Notes under the pieces: model-generated
Told to the model about the DNA's origin: nothing
Database searches by the model: none
What the model saw: the letters and a program-made list of their open reading frames with translations, nothing else
In this document: piece by piece, positions 9,588 to 18,030 of the stretch
Layout: each line of letters begins with the position of its first letter
Position numbering within the stretch: the stretch's first letter is position 1
Virus record (IMG/VR): IMGVR_UViG_3300032307_000797
DNA length: 64,000 nucleotides
Strand: one strand, 5' to 3'
Source: a virus
Program-made: the position numbers and the translations under genes

Positions 9588-10475
9588 TTAGTAATTCATT
9601 ATTAATAACTCAATTCCTTCATTTTGTGTACCGTCTTTTTTGGAACCTGCAGCTTTTTTAAATGTTCGTGATTCCCATCTGTATCCTCGAGCAAACAACG
9701 ACATTTGTCCATTTTCATCAACTCCATTTGAATATCTTGGGAACCATTCATTTAATTGTGGAAACTCATAGTATGATAAACTAAATTTTCCTTGTGCTGC
9801 TTTCAATGTGTCTGCCAATCTCTTGTGGTCATCAGCATCGAAATCGTGATTGGAATAATAGTTCTCAGTTTTCCAATACGGTGGGTCCATATAGAAATAA
9901 GTTGTTGGTGAATCGTACTTCTCCACAACTTTTTGGAAATCCATATTCTCAACAAAGGTTATCCTTTCAAGATGTGCACGATATTCGGGATGTCTTAGTT
10001 TGTCCATGAATATCAAAACCTTACAACGATATTTCCCCTTGTAATCAGTATAATTTGATGATTCGGGTTTTGAACCTGAGAATACTTGTGTCAACACATA
10101 AACATACTTGGCGGCAGCTTCGAAATTCGGGTCATCACCAATAACAAAATCAGGAGCAAAAACTTCCTTCTGATATTGTTTGAACATCTGTTCGTATTCC
10201 GGTGGTGTTTCCTCCACACCTAATTGTTGACATGGGTATTTTGATAACTCTTCCCATAATCTTTCATAGTGTTTGGCGCATCGAAATAAATTTGTGTTTA
10301 ATTTGTTGAAGTCGTTGTACACCACTGTTTTCAGGTTAGGGTATTTCTTCAAATCCATATTAAAGAACACCCAGAACATTCCTGAGAATCCCTCAACGTA
10401 TGTTTCAATGTCCGTTGGGATGAATGGGACAATCCACTTTCCAATCCGTGCCTTACCACCAATATATGATATCAT
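9588..10475 (-). CDS. DNA adenine methyltransferase (D12/Dam family)
   Basis: SYIGGK, YVEGFSG (motif I variant), VYNDFN, FYMDPPY (motif IV). Confidence 0.92.
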   Translation of the reverse strand: MISYIGGKARIGKWIVPFIPTDIETYVEGFSGMFWVFFNMDLKKYPNLKTVVYNDFNKLNTNLFRCAKHYERLWEELSKYPCQQLGVEETPPEYEQMFKQYQKEVFAPDFVIGDDPNFEAAAKYVYVLTQVFSGSKPESSNYTDYKGKYRCKVLIFMDKLRHPEYRAHLERITFVENMDFQKVVEKYDSPTTYFYMDPPYWKTENYYSNHDFDADDHKRLADTLKAAQGKFSLSYYEFPQLNEWFPRYSNGVDENGQMSLFARGYRWESRTFKKAAGSKKDGTQNEGIELLIMNY

Positions 10476-10512
10476 ATTTAAAAGCTTTCTTAAATGTTAT
10501 GTTGATACATTT

Positions 10513-10530
10513 AAAAATATAAGTAAAAAA
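10513..10530 (-). promoter_or_regulatory. Putative early/middle promoter (T-tract-CTTATATTTT)
   Basis: Recurrent motif upstream of non-structural genes, resembling the Bacteroidota -7 element TAnnTTTG. Confidence 0.5.
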
Positions 10531-10580
10531 AACCGAAAAAAGAAGGGGGTGAGTAAAGTTCTTTACTAACAATTATTTAT

Positions 10581-10591
10581 TTCGTATATTG
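10581..10591 (+). promoter_or_regulatory. Putative early/middle promoter TTCGTATATTG
   Basis: Same motif in plus orientation, just ahead of the only plus-strand genes. Confidence 0.55.
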
Positions 10592-10598
10592 TTTTATT

Positions 10599-10751
10599 AT
10601 GGGATGTTCAGAATGTAAAAAGAAACAAACAATGAAAGAAGAAATGCTTGAGAGTTCTAAATTCGTGAGCAACGCTGTTGTTTGGTTTGTTGTGGTATGG
10701 AGTGGGTTCGCCATTTATGGTATCTATACCCTCATCAGTAAATTAATATGA
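10599..10751 (+). CDS. Small membrane protein with N-terminal CxxC (50 aa; not in the ORF track)
   Basis: MGCSECKKKQTMKEEMLESSKFVSNAVVWFVVVWSGFAIYGIYTLISKLI; its stop overlaps the next ATG (ATGA). Confidence 0.7.
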   Translation: MGCSECKKKQTMKEEMLESSKFVSNAVVWFVVVWSGFAIYGIYTLISKLI

Positions 10752-11386
10752 AAAATGGGAAGTACTTCATAGTTCTTTTTTGTAATAAGAAAAAGATAAA
10801 AATGTTATATCGTTGCCAAAAATTGACAACGGTGTATGAACATTGGCGTGAGTACAAAACCCAAAAACAACCTCGATTTTTAAAAATACAAGGAGGAAAG
10901 CGAAAACAAGAGTTAGTTTATGAACTTGCACTAATCTTTCCTAACAATAGGTGGTCAACCAAAACATTCGTTAGAGATAGTTTAGGTAGAACCATTGAAG
11001 CAAAAATGGAAGATGAGAAATTCCGCATCAAAGAGATTATTCCTTATTGGAAGGAGGAGTTGATTTACGATTTCCAAAAGAAAGAACACGTCAGATATCA
11101 CATAATGTTAGAAGAAATTATGGGTATCAGTGAGATAGGACAAATTTTTACTTTAAATAATAAACTATTTGTTCAAAATGAAAACGACATCCGTTTATAT
11201 GGTAATAAAAACATAAAGGATGCGGAAAGATTATTCGATTTAGTGAGGGAAGACCTACTAAAAAAGAAAAAGAGTAACTTCATCTTTGTTAAGGATGTTA
11301 CCACCGCACAAAGGAAATTACTCTATACTTTATTGGAGTCAAAAGGGTTTAAGAGGACCGAACTTTTTCGTCATTACTCTTATTAA
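10748..11386 (+). CDS. Hypothetical basic protein
   Basis: 212 aa; no long competing minus-strand ORF; translationally coupled to 10599..10751. Confidence 0.8.
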   Translation: MKNGKYFIVLFCNKKKIKMLYRCQKLTTVYEHWREYKTQKQPRFLKIQGGKRKQELVYELALIFPNNRWSTKTFVRDSLGRTIEAKMEDEKFRIKEIIPYWKEELIYDFQKKEHVRYHIMLEEIMGISEIGQIFTLNNKLFVQNENDIRLYGNKNIKDAERLFDLVREDLLKKKKSNFIFVKDVTTAQRKLLYTLLESKGFKRTELFRHYSY

Positions 11387-11606
11387 AAACAATATCAACT
11401 TCACCTAACTTTATTGTAAACGTCTTACCGGCAGAAGTTGCTCGTCTGTTTTGTTTTTTACAGATATAATCGTAAACTTTTTGATATTCTGATTCGGGAA
11501 CTTCAAGCACGATGGTGCTCGAATCTGATTTAAGATTTAATTTTTCAACTAAGTCACTAATAATTGCCAGTTGGTTTAATAAATCACCCTTTTTTTCCAT
11601 AACCAA
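11349..11606 (-). CDS. Hypothetical protein
   Basis: 85 aa (start possibly MEKK); convergent overlap with the plus-strand gene. Confidence 0.65.
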   Translation of the reverse strand: MVMEKKGDLLNQLAIISDLVEKLNLKSDSSTIVLEVPESEYQKVYDYICKKQNRRATSAGKTFTIKLGEVDIVFNKSNDEKVRSS

Positions 11607-11796
11607 ATATCTTCAATATCTTTTTAAATATACTCGTTTTTTCCTTTTCGGGAACTTTAAACATTTCTTCTTTATTGAGTTGCTTGATTTCGTCAATCAT
11701 CCTCCTCTTGTGATTCGCTATCTCCTTCTGGTCCTTCTCCGTTTCCTTCTTCAACCAATTTAATCCCTGTTGGAGATTCTTGTTCTGTTTTTGCAT
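11584..11796 (-). CDS. Hypothetical Lys-rich coiled-coil protein
   Basis: 70 aa; fills the gap to the next gene; overlaps the upstream gene by 104 nt. Confidence 0.6.
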   Translation of the reverse strand: MQKQNKNLQQGLNWLKKETEKDQKEIANHKRRMIDEIKQLNKEEMFKVPEKEKTSIFKKILKIFGYGKKG

Positions 11797-12154
11797 TTTC
11801 GATAAAACTTAGGTCTTTTAATTTATCCAAAGATTCGTGTTGGAATAAGATTTGTAGTTCCTTGATTTTTGCCTGTAACAAACGTTCCTTTTCCTCCATC
11901 TCTTTGTTTGTTTCAATCACATCTTTTGCACACGCAAACGCGGTTTCATATCCTGTATATGTCGCTTGGGCAATGATTGATAAAAGAGTGAACTTCTCGT
12001 TCTTATCCTGTACTTTAAATTTTATTGACTTGTATGGTGCAACGATTTGTTCAAACTTCCATGTGATTGGTAGTTTAATGTCCAAACTTACGTTACTGTC
12101 GATTTCTCTTAGAGAGAAAAAATATGGTCTTAGATGTTTTATTGATTCAAACAC
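11693..12154 (-). CDS. Hypothetical protein
   Basis: 153 aa, GTG start, coiled coil and acidic tail. Confidence 0.75.
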   Translation of the reverse strand: MFESIKHLRPYFFSLREIDSNVSLDIKLPITWKFEQIVAPYKSIKFKVQDKNEKFTLLSIIAQATYTGYETAFACAKDVIETNKEMEEKERLLQAKIKELQILFQHESLDKLKDLSFIENAKTEQESPTGIKLVEEGNGEGPEGDSESQEEDD

Positions 12155-12158
12155 GTTC

Positions 12159-12338
12159 TTAAATTATTATATATGTTATTATATATGAAATAGCAAGGTA
12201 AATGAAGACCTCTTTAACAGAGTTCACCTCCATTGGTTGTGGTTCTTCCTGAAATAGTTTTACAATAAACTCAATGACAAATCTTAAAGTGAACACTAAT
12301 GACAGGATGAACAAAAAAAGTTTAATTTGTTCAATCAT
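12159..12338 (-). CDS. Small two-TM membrane protein (59 aa; not in the ORF track)
   Basis: MIEQIKLFLFILSLVFTLRFVIEFIVKLFQEEPQPMEVNSVKEVFIYLAISYIITYIII; fills the gap between its neighbours. Confidence 0.7.
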   Translation of the reverse strand: MIEQIKLFLFILSLVFTLRFVIEFIVKLFQEEPQPMEVNSVKEVFIYLAISYIITYIII

Positions 12339-12510
12339 GTCGTTTAATCTCCTCTAATATTTCTTTTCTGTAGTTAGCAATGAGTGTTTTGATTTCTTGT
12401 GCATATTTTCTTGCACGGATTGAAGCACTCCTATTCCCCTTTTCATACACTTTAGTGGTATCTACAGACATTTTCTCCACCAAGTCTTTTATTTTCTTTA
12501 GTGTTTCCAT
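12331..12510 (-). CDS. Histone H1-like (Hc1 family) nucleoid protein (59 aa; not in the ORF track)
   Basis: METLKKIKDLVEKMSVDTTKVYEKGNRSASIRARKYAQEIKTLIANYRKEILEEIKRHD; the KGNxxAxxRARK signature matches Hc1-family proteins. Confidence 0.75.
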   Translation of the reverse strand: METLKKIKDLVEKMSVDTTKVYEKGNRSASIRARKYAQEIKTLIANYRKEILEEIKRHD

Positions 12511-12530
12511 AATTATTCCGTTTTTATTAT

Positions 12531-12547
12531 TAATATACGGAAAAAAA
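12531..12547 (-). promoter_or_regulatory. Putative early/middle promoter
   Basis: Minus strand TTTTTTTCCGTATATTA, about 20 nt upstream of the Hc1-like gene. Confidence 0.55.
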
Positions 12548-12548
12548 T

Positions 12549-13016
12549 CTACTTTTTCAAGTTTTGCTCTAACAATTTATAAACTTCGGTGAGCATGTCA
12601 AGTTCAGACCTTGACTTTCGGTGTTTGAAATCGAATAGTTTAAAAAAGTATTCCCCGATTCTTGGGTTACCCTCATCCATTTTGACACTATAATATGCCT
12701 CATGGAAGAAGTTCCAAAAATACTCGTAATGGCTTCCCTTTTCTTTGAAATAGATTTTTTCTTTGGAGAAATTAGATAGGATTCTATCCCAACACCAATT
12801 GAAGTGATTGTGTTGGTCAATTTCCTTATATAGGACATCGGTACCTAAAAAGGTGGTGTCCACCAATTCATATAATGATGATAGGAAATCGTAAAAAAGT
12901 TCTATTTTTTCACGATGTATATTATATGCTCTGTACCAAACGTCGATTTGATGTCTGTATTTTTCAGTGGCTTGCGACTCCATATATTCTTCTCTCTTTT
13001 CCATATCCCTTATCAT
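12549..13016 (-). CDS. Hypothetical protein
   Basis: 155 aa aromatic-rich ORF preceded by the CTTATATTTT motif. Confidence 0.8.
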   Translation of the reverse strand: MIRDMEKREEYMESQATEKYRHQIDVWYRAYNIHREKIELFYDFLSSLYELVDTTFLGTDVLYKEIDQHNHFNWCWDRILSNFSKEKIYFKEKGSHYEYFWNFFHEAYYSVKMDEGNPRIGEYFFKLFDFKHRKSRSELDMLTEVYKLLEQNLKK

Positions 13017-13054
13017 ATTGAAAATATAAGGAAAGAAAAGGACAAAAAGAAGAA

Positions 13055-14314
13055 TTACTGAGTTCTTTCGTCGTATCCTAAAATTTTCTTCATTCTCTTG
13101 ATTTCTTCCTCAAGAACTGAAGACATACTAGGTTTTTCAGATTCGTTAACCACGTTAACTTTCTCAGGTTCTTTCCAACTGTGACCCCAACTAACTTGAG
13201 GTTCTTTAGAAATCTTCTTAGCCTTTCTTTCAGTTTTTACTTTGATTTTCTTTCCTGTTTCTGTTTTAACAACATTCGCAGCATCTTGAGAATTACCCAT
13301 AGTTGAGTCCCCCTCCAATGCTTTCTTTAATCTTTCTTTGAATCTTTCAGATGGTTCGTAATCGTAGTTTAAATCTTCAAGTCCACCACCTCTATAATCT
13401 TCGATATTTTCATTTTCTTCGTCAGTTGTTCTCTGAGCTACGGTTTCTCCTTTACCAATTGCTTTAGGAAACTCAGGATTATCGTTACCGTTAAATGATG
13501 AAACATCTTTTAATTTTTTCTCAACATCATTCATATGTGATTTAGATTCTTCACCAGAACCTTTTTGTGCTTTCTTAGTAATCTCTAAACCCGGTACCGC
13601 TTCGTTTACCATTTTGGAAATTAAAGAAACCAATTCACTTTCTGTAAGTCTTAAAGTGTTTCCTGTTGATTCGTTCATAGGTGAACCACACTCAGAACAC
13701 ATACCTTCCTCATTTAACATAGAACCACATTCATTACAAGAACCCATTCCTTCAGAAACATCTTCTTTCTTACCTGCTCTTAAATCAGCTAAGTCGTCAG
13801 CACCAATGTCACCGTCTTTGTCAACGTCAAGTTTATGTTGGTCTCCGGTAAGTTCTTCTTCCATCTCACCACACTCAGCACACATTTCCTCTTCTTCAAG
13901 TTGTTTGTAACACTCGTCAACATTATAAGTTTCTTCTCCAACTTTAAATTCTTTTAGACCCTTTTCTTTAGCATCTAAAACGGCTTGTGCCAAATTCTTA
14001 ACCTTTACAGTCTTTTTTTCCATGGTTTTTGTTTCTTTAACTTCAAGTTCTTCTCCTAAATCTTCCATTTTATCAATCATTTCTGAATAGGAGTTATATT
14101 TTGTTTTTTCTATTATGAATTCTTTTTCAGGATGTTTTTTCTTATAAATATTCAAATGTGCCATTGCATCATCCTCAGTCTTAAAAGTATCAACGGGTTC
14201 TCCCTCACATGTGATGTGAAAAACCTCGTGACCTTCTTCTCCTTCCTTTAGAATGGTATTTCTTACCTCGTCTGCCAAGGACTCATTAATAATATTTTGA
14301 ATATCTGAAATCAT
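13055..14314 (-). CDS. Acidic putative head-associated protein with EF-hand-like and CxxC motifs
   Basis: DVDKDGDIGADD loop; CAECG, CNECG and CSECG; LRLTESEL and LEEEIKRMKKILGY segments; late motif upstream. Confidence 0.7.
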   Translation of the reverse strand: MISDIQNIINESLADEVRNTILKEGEEGHEVFHITCEGEPVDTFKTEDDAMAHLNIYKKKHPEKEFIIEKTKYNSYSEMIDKMEDLGEELEVKETKTMEKKTVKVKNLAQAVLDAKEKGLKEFKVGEETYNVDECYKQLEEEEMCAECGEMEEELTGDQHKLDVDKDGDIGADDLADLRAGKKEDVSEGMGSCNECGSMLNEEGMCSECGSPMNESTGNTLRLTESELVSLISKMVNEAVPGLEITKKAQKGSGEESKSHMNDVEKKLKDVSSFNGNDNPEFPKAIGKGETVAQRTTDEENENIEDYRGGGLEDLNYDYEPSERFKERLKKALEGDSTMGNSQDAANVVKTETGKKIKVKTERKAKKISKEPQVSWGHSWKEPEKVNVVNESEKPSMSSVLEEEIKRMKKILGYDERTQ

Positions 14315-14315
14315 C

Positions 14316-15116
14316 TTACTTTATAAATATCTTGTTTATCTCATTTAATACTACTTTCTCCATTTCTGAATATGGAATACCGTAAGTTTTTGATGCGTTC
14401 TCGATAGCTTCTTTAAGACCCGCAATCTCCAATTGTTCAATTGCTTTGATGTCACCCTGATTACAATAGGGAAATTTCTTACACTTATCTTTAATTTTAA
14501 TAAAGATTCCACCGGGTCCACCGTACTTCGGGAATTTTTTATCCTTAACTGCCCTACTCTTTTTAATACTATCGGGACCACTAATCTTTAATGGATTTTT
14601 ACTCCCATCACCAAAAGGAACGTCATAAGCACCTGATGCATCTGCTGCCATCGCCTCCTTTAAATTGTGGATAATATCGATTTTTCTTTTAATCGGTTGT
14701 GAACTAAGTGCTGCAACAAAAGAACCTGCAGAATCCGCACCCATTGATTCGTTTGCCTCAATCTTACTTAGTTTGTCATAGTATTTTGGGTCCTCAGATA
14801 AATGGTCCATAGCAATTTCTTTTGCCATGGATTCATCTTTTGTATGTTCCTTCTCGACTTTAATCCCTTTATCTAACTGTTTTTTCAAGAACTTAACCAT
14901 ATCATCAATATGGTAATATCCTTTCTTGTCATGTTTCTTCGCGATATCTTCTAAAGACATCTTATCAGAAAGACCGCCTTTTAATTTTTCTTCGTCAACT
15001 TTTTTCTTACCCTGACAATGTGCTCTTTGTGAAAAACCTTTTGGGTTCGAGCAATCAATGGAGTCTTTATATTTTTGTGACCACTTTTCTTCTACGTATT
15101 TTCTAACGTTTAACAT
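14316..15116 (-). CDS. DUF5661-like domain protein
   Basis: QLDKGIKVEKEHT...AKEIAMDHLSEDPKYYDKL; also KWSQKYKDSIDCSNPKGFSQRAHC. Confidence 0.7.
   Translation of the reverse strand: MLNVRKYVEEKWSQKYKDSIDCSNPKGFSQRAHCQGKKKVDEEKLKGGLSDKMSLEDIAKKHDKKGYYHIDDMVKFLKKQLDKGIKVEKEHTKDESMAKEIAMDHLSEDPKYYDKLSKIEANESMGADSAGSFVAALSSQPIKRKIDIIHNLKEAMAADASGAYDVPFGDGSKNPLKISGPDSIKKSRAVKDKKFPKYGGPGGIFIKIKDKCKKFPYCNQGDIKAIEQLEIAGLKEAIENASKTYGIPYSEMEKVVLNEINKIFIK
14322..14329 (-). promoter_or_regulatory. Putative late promoter TATTTATA
   Basis: 8 nt upstream of ATG 14314. Confidence 0.6.
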
Positions 15117-15355
15117 TACTTAACACTTTTTAAGGATGTCTCCCAGAATGATTTACGTTGCCATAATGTTTTAAACAATTCGACAACCACCTTAGTGGAG
15201 AGGTCAACAATTTTATCGTCGATATTTCGAGTACCAAGTTCCTTTTGAATCATTTTAACCACAATGTTATGTGCTTGCGTGGTCTCAAGGAAATCTTTCA
15301 TCTCTTTCCTTGAAATTCTCTCAATCTCTTTAATATCTGCGTTAGTTAGTGCCAT
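15116..15355 (-). CDS. Hypothetical protein
   Basis: 79 aa, coupled to its neighbours. Confidence 0.75.
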   Translation of the reverse strand: MALTNADIKEIERISRKEMKDFLETTQAHNIVVKMIQKELGTRNIDDKIVDLSTKVVVELFKTLWQRKSFWETSLKSVK

Positions 15356-15356
15356 A

Positions 15357-15914
15357 TTACGTTGTTCTTCTATCTCTTAACATTGGTTCCATTGCTGAGA
15401 TAAATGTTGGTTTAAACTTAACTAGTTTATCAAACATTTCTAATGTCTCATTTTCAATTGGTAACATGTCTGAATTAATATATAAACCGCTTTCGTTTCC
15501 TGCAATCATTACAAAATTGATATCTAAATCGGTGATTGACCCATCTAATCTAATTTGTTGTTCGTCAATCGTAAAACCCGGATTTAAATCCGATAATTGA
15601 GCAACTTGTTGTCTGAATGAATCGATTAACTGACTGATACTGTTTTTCTCGTCATCTTTTAGTTTTGTGTCCTCTTGGTCGGTTGAGATTAATTTTACCT
15701 CAACTTCATTAACTACCTCAACATTATCAAATTTCTCTTGGTATGATTCAGGACTTGGAACGTCATCTCCCGGTTCTGAAGGTTGTGGTTCTGATGGTTG
15801 CACGTCTTCAGTTAAGATTGACGTATTCTTGGATAGTTTTGATTCATTAAGGTTTCTCATTGTACTGAGCATTCCCTTAATCTCATCATAAGCTGTTTGT
15901 TTCTTTGTATTCAT
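15357..15914 (-). CDS. Hypothetical acidic protein
   Basis: 185 aa; TATTTATA at 15957-15964 upstream. Confidence 0.75.
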   Translation of the reverse strand: MNTKKQTAYDEIKGMLSTMRNLNESKLSKNTSILTEDVQPSEPQPSEPGDDVPSPESYQEKFDNVEVVNEVEVKLISTDQEDTKLKDDEKNSISQLIDSFRQQVAQLSDLNPGFTIDEQQIRLDGSITDLDINFVMIAGNESGLYINSDMLPIENETLEMFDKLVKFKPTFISAMEPMLRDRRTT

Positions 15915-16509
15915 CTTTTAAAAATATTCTAAAATTAAACGAAGGGTTTATATCTGTATAAATATTTGAAAAATTGGATTTACAGACAACTCCGTGGAAT
16001 TTTAAGACATTTTCCAAATATCCTTGGGATGGTACGGTTTGGTAGGGGATATCATGAGTATCGCATAGATACTCACACAACTTAGTAATTGACTCCATTT
16101 GGGAATCACTGTATCTGTCCCAGAAGTAATAATTTCTCCAATTACGAGCAAATGGTTCTGACCTATATGGGTCCCCAATCCAATTATTCATGAATCCCGT
16201 TATAGTATTCTTATGTAACCAACCGAGATTCTCTATAGCAATTTTGATGAATTGTTTGTCAATTTTAGGTTCATCAAAAGTATTCGAATAGTGTTTAGTA
16301 TCGAATAGTTGATATATGGTACCTAATTTGGTGATAACAAAGTGTGGGACTTCGTCGTACTTGCCGTTTCTTCTGTGTCTAATTTTATTTAAAAAATCAT
16401 CGGCTCTACGTCCCGTATCGTATAAGAATATTTGTGTTTTCTTGGATTTCCTCTTAGTAATATTAAGAGTTTTACTATCTAAACCTTCTACGTTGTGTAT
16501 TTCCAACAT
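15886..16509 (-). CDS. N-acetylmuramoyl-L-alanine amidase (Amidase_2/PGRP fold), probably catalytically degenerate
   Basis: PHFVI...GTIYQL, IAIENLG, YSDSQMESI...L, TDINPSF; the expected Zn-binding His positions read LYDT and VCKS. Confidence 0.75.
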   Translation of the reverse strand: MLEIHNVEGLDSKTLNITKRKSKKTQIFLYDTGRRADDFLNKIRHRRNGKYDEVPHFVITKLGTIYQLFDTKHYSNTFDEPKIDKQFIKIAIENLGWLHKNTITGFMNNWIGDPYRSEPFARNWRNYYFWDRYSDSQMESITKLCEYLCDTHDIPYQTVPSQGYLENVLKFHGVVCKSNFSNIYTDINPSFNFRIFLKDEYKETNSL

Positions 16510-16684
16510 TCCTCGTTATAATTTTTCTCATCGGGGCTTGTCTAATTGTTGGTGTTTCATCAATCGTTTGTTCCCCCGTATTATCGTCACTTTCCCAATA
16601 AATTGAATCACTATTAGTAGAAACCTCTTCTTCCAAACCATAATTTGGAGTATCTTGATTGGAGGGGACTTCTGCTTCTACTAC
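16475..16684 (-). other. -1 frame extension (69 codons) of the 16681..18030 membrane protein after the A10G slippery run
   Basis: GAA AAA AAA AAG TAG; the -1 frame reads VVEAEVPSNQDTPNYGLEEEVSTNSDSIYWESDDNTGEQTIDETPTIRQAPMRKIITRNVGNTQRRRFR*. Confidence 0.65.
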
Positions 16685-18030
16685 TTTTTTTTTTCTTCCT
16701 CAGATTCATCCGTCGGAAGTGGTGTTTCAATTATTTCTGATGTTGGTTCTTCAATTATCGGTGTTGGTTCAATTTCTACGGGCTCCTCGATAACCTCATC
16801 AACCGGTTCTTCTATTTCCTCAACAATCGGTGTTGGGGTTGGTTCAGGGGTTTGTATTTGATTAAGAGCGTTGTCCAACTCTTCGGTATATTCAAACCCA
16901 TATGGTTTTTCAGGTTCGTTAATTTCTTCTTCAATAACAGGGGTCGGAGTCTCAACAATTTCTTCATTAACTATTAGTGTGGGAGTTTCCATAATTTCCT
17001 CCTCAATTACAGGAGTTGGGGTCTCGATAACTTCTTCAACAACAATCGGTGTTTCAGTTATTTCGACAATATTTTCCTCTGTTATGAAACCATCATATCC
17101 ATCTAATGCAACTTCTTCAGGAACCACATCAACTTGTGGCGTTTCGATTACAGGTTGTTCTTCCGTCTTTACATCATCGGTTGAGTATCCGTAATCCTCT
17201 CTTTCTTCATATTGTTCTTTAATTGAATCAAGAGTTTCATTTGTTATTTGCGGCGTATTGTTGTTATCGGTAAGGTCCCAAAAATTCTCATTGATTATTT
17301 TCATGAACTCTTCGGGAACATCTTTAGTTGAGATGTTAAATTCCTCTTTAACTTTTGGAGTTTCTTCAGGGGTGGATTGTGGTGTCTTGTTTAATAACTT
17401 TTCAAGTGCCATTAAATCTTCTTCAGACAAACGGATTCTTGATACTTCCCCCACAATATCTTTAGCGTCAACAGTTGGGATTTCTTCTTTGATTGGTTCC
17501 TCAACCACATTATCGTTTGATTGAACGATATTTTCTTTTATCGGTTCATTTGACGATATTTCTTTATTCTCCTGTGTGAATTTAACTAACATGTGAAGGA
17601 ATGATAACGAAATTAACGGTAACATACCTCCCGAGAAAAATGCAAGGAATCTTTTATGTCCCACCAAATCTGTTGGCTCCACACCAATGAATTCAATTAG
17701 TGGTGAAACAAGTTCGACCCATGAAGTAAATGATGGACTATTGATGTCAATGTATGAATATGCAAAATAGATATTACCAATAAATTGTACCAAGGTCACA
17801 ATACCAAATGGGAAGTAAACCTTCTTACCCATATTTGCCGAAATTGCGGCAAGTGCTGATAAAGCAGCAATCTCAACACCAATGGAAAGGTATACCGCCC
17901 AAGTTAATGGGTTAGATATACCATACCATTTAGTAACGTGTGAAATCGATACAATTGCGACAGTTATAATCGGAATTAAAAATGCCGATATAATAAGTGT
18001 CTTGTAATTTCTATTAAACCAATTCTTCAT
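16681..18030 (-). CDS. Multi-pass membrane protein with long acidic E/P/T-rich tail
   Basis: About 4 hydrophobic helices in the first 150 aa; ETPTPVIEEEI-type repeats. Confidence 0.85.
   Translation of the reverse strand: MKNWFNRNYKTLIISAFLIPIITVAIVSISHVTKWYGISNPLTWAVYLSIGVEIAALSALAAISANMGKKVYFPFGIVTLVQFIGNIYFAYSYIDINSPSFTSWVELVSPLIEFIGVEPTDLVGHKRFLAFFSGGMLPLISLSFLHMLVKFTQENKEISSNEPIKENIVQSNDNVVEEPIKEEIPTVDAKDIVGEVSRIRLSEEDLMALEKLLNKTPQSTPEETPKVKEEFNISTKDVPEEFMKIINENFWDLTDNNNTPQITNETLDSIKEQYEEREDYGYSTDDVKTEEQPVIETPQVDVVPEEVALDGYDGFITEENIVEITETPIVVEEVIETPTPVIEEEIMETPTLIVNEEIVETPTPVIEEEINEPEKPYGFEYTEELDNALNQIQTPEPTPTPIVEEIEEPVDEVIEEPVEIEPTPIIEEPTSEIIETPLPTDESEEEKKK

Noticed and set aside
16510-16683. 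In-frame TAG readthrough or stop-codon reassignment
   Set aside because: Two consecutive TAGs; the zero-frame continuation is compositionally unlike the protein; conserved genes are intact under code 11 and TAG ends other genes normally
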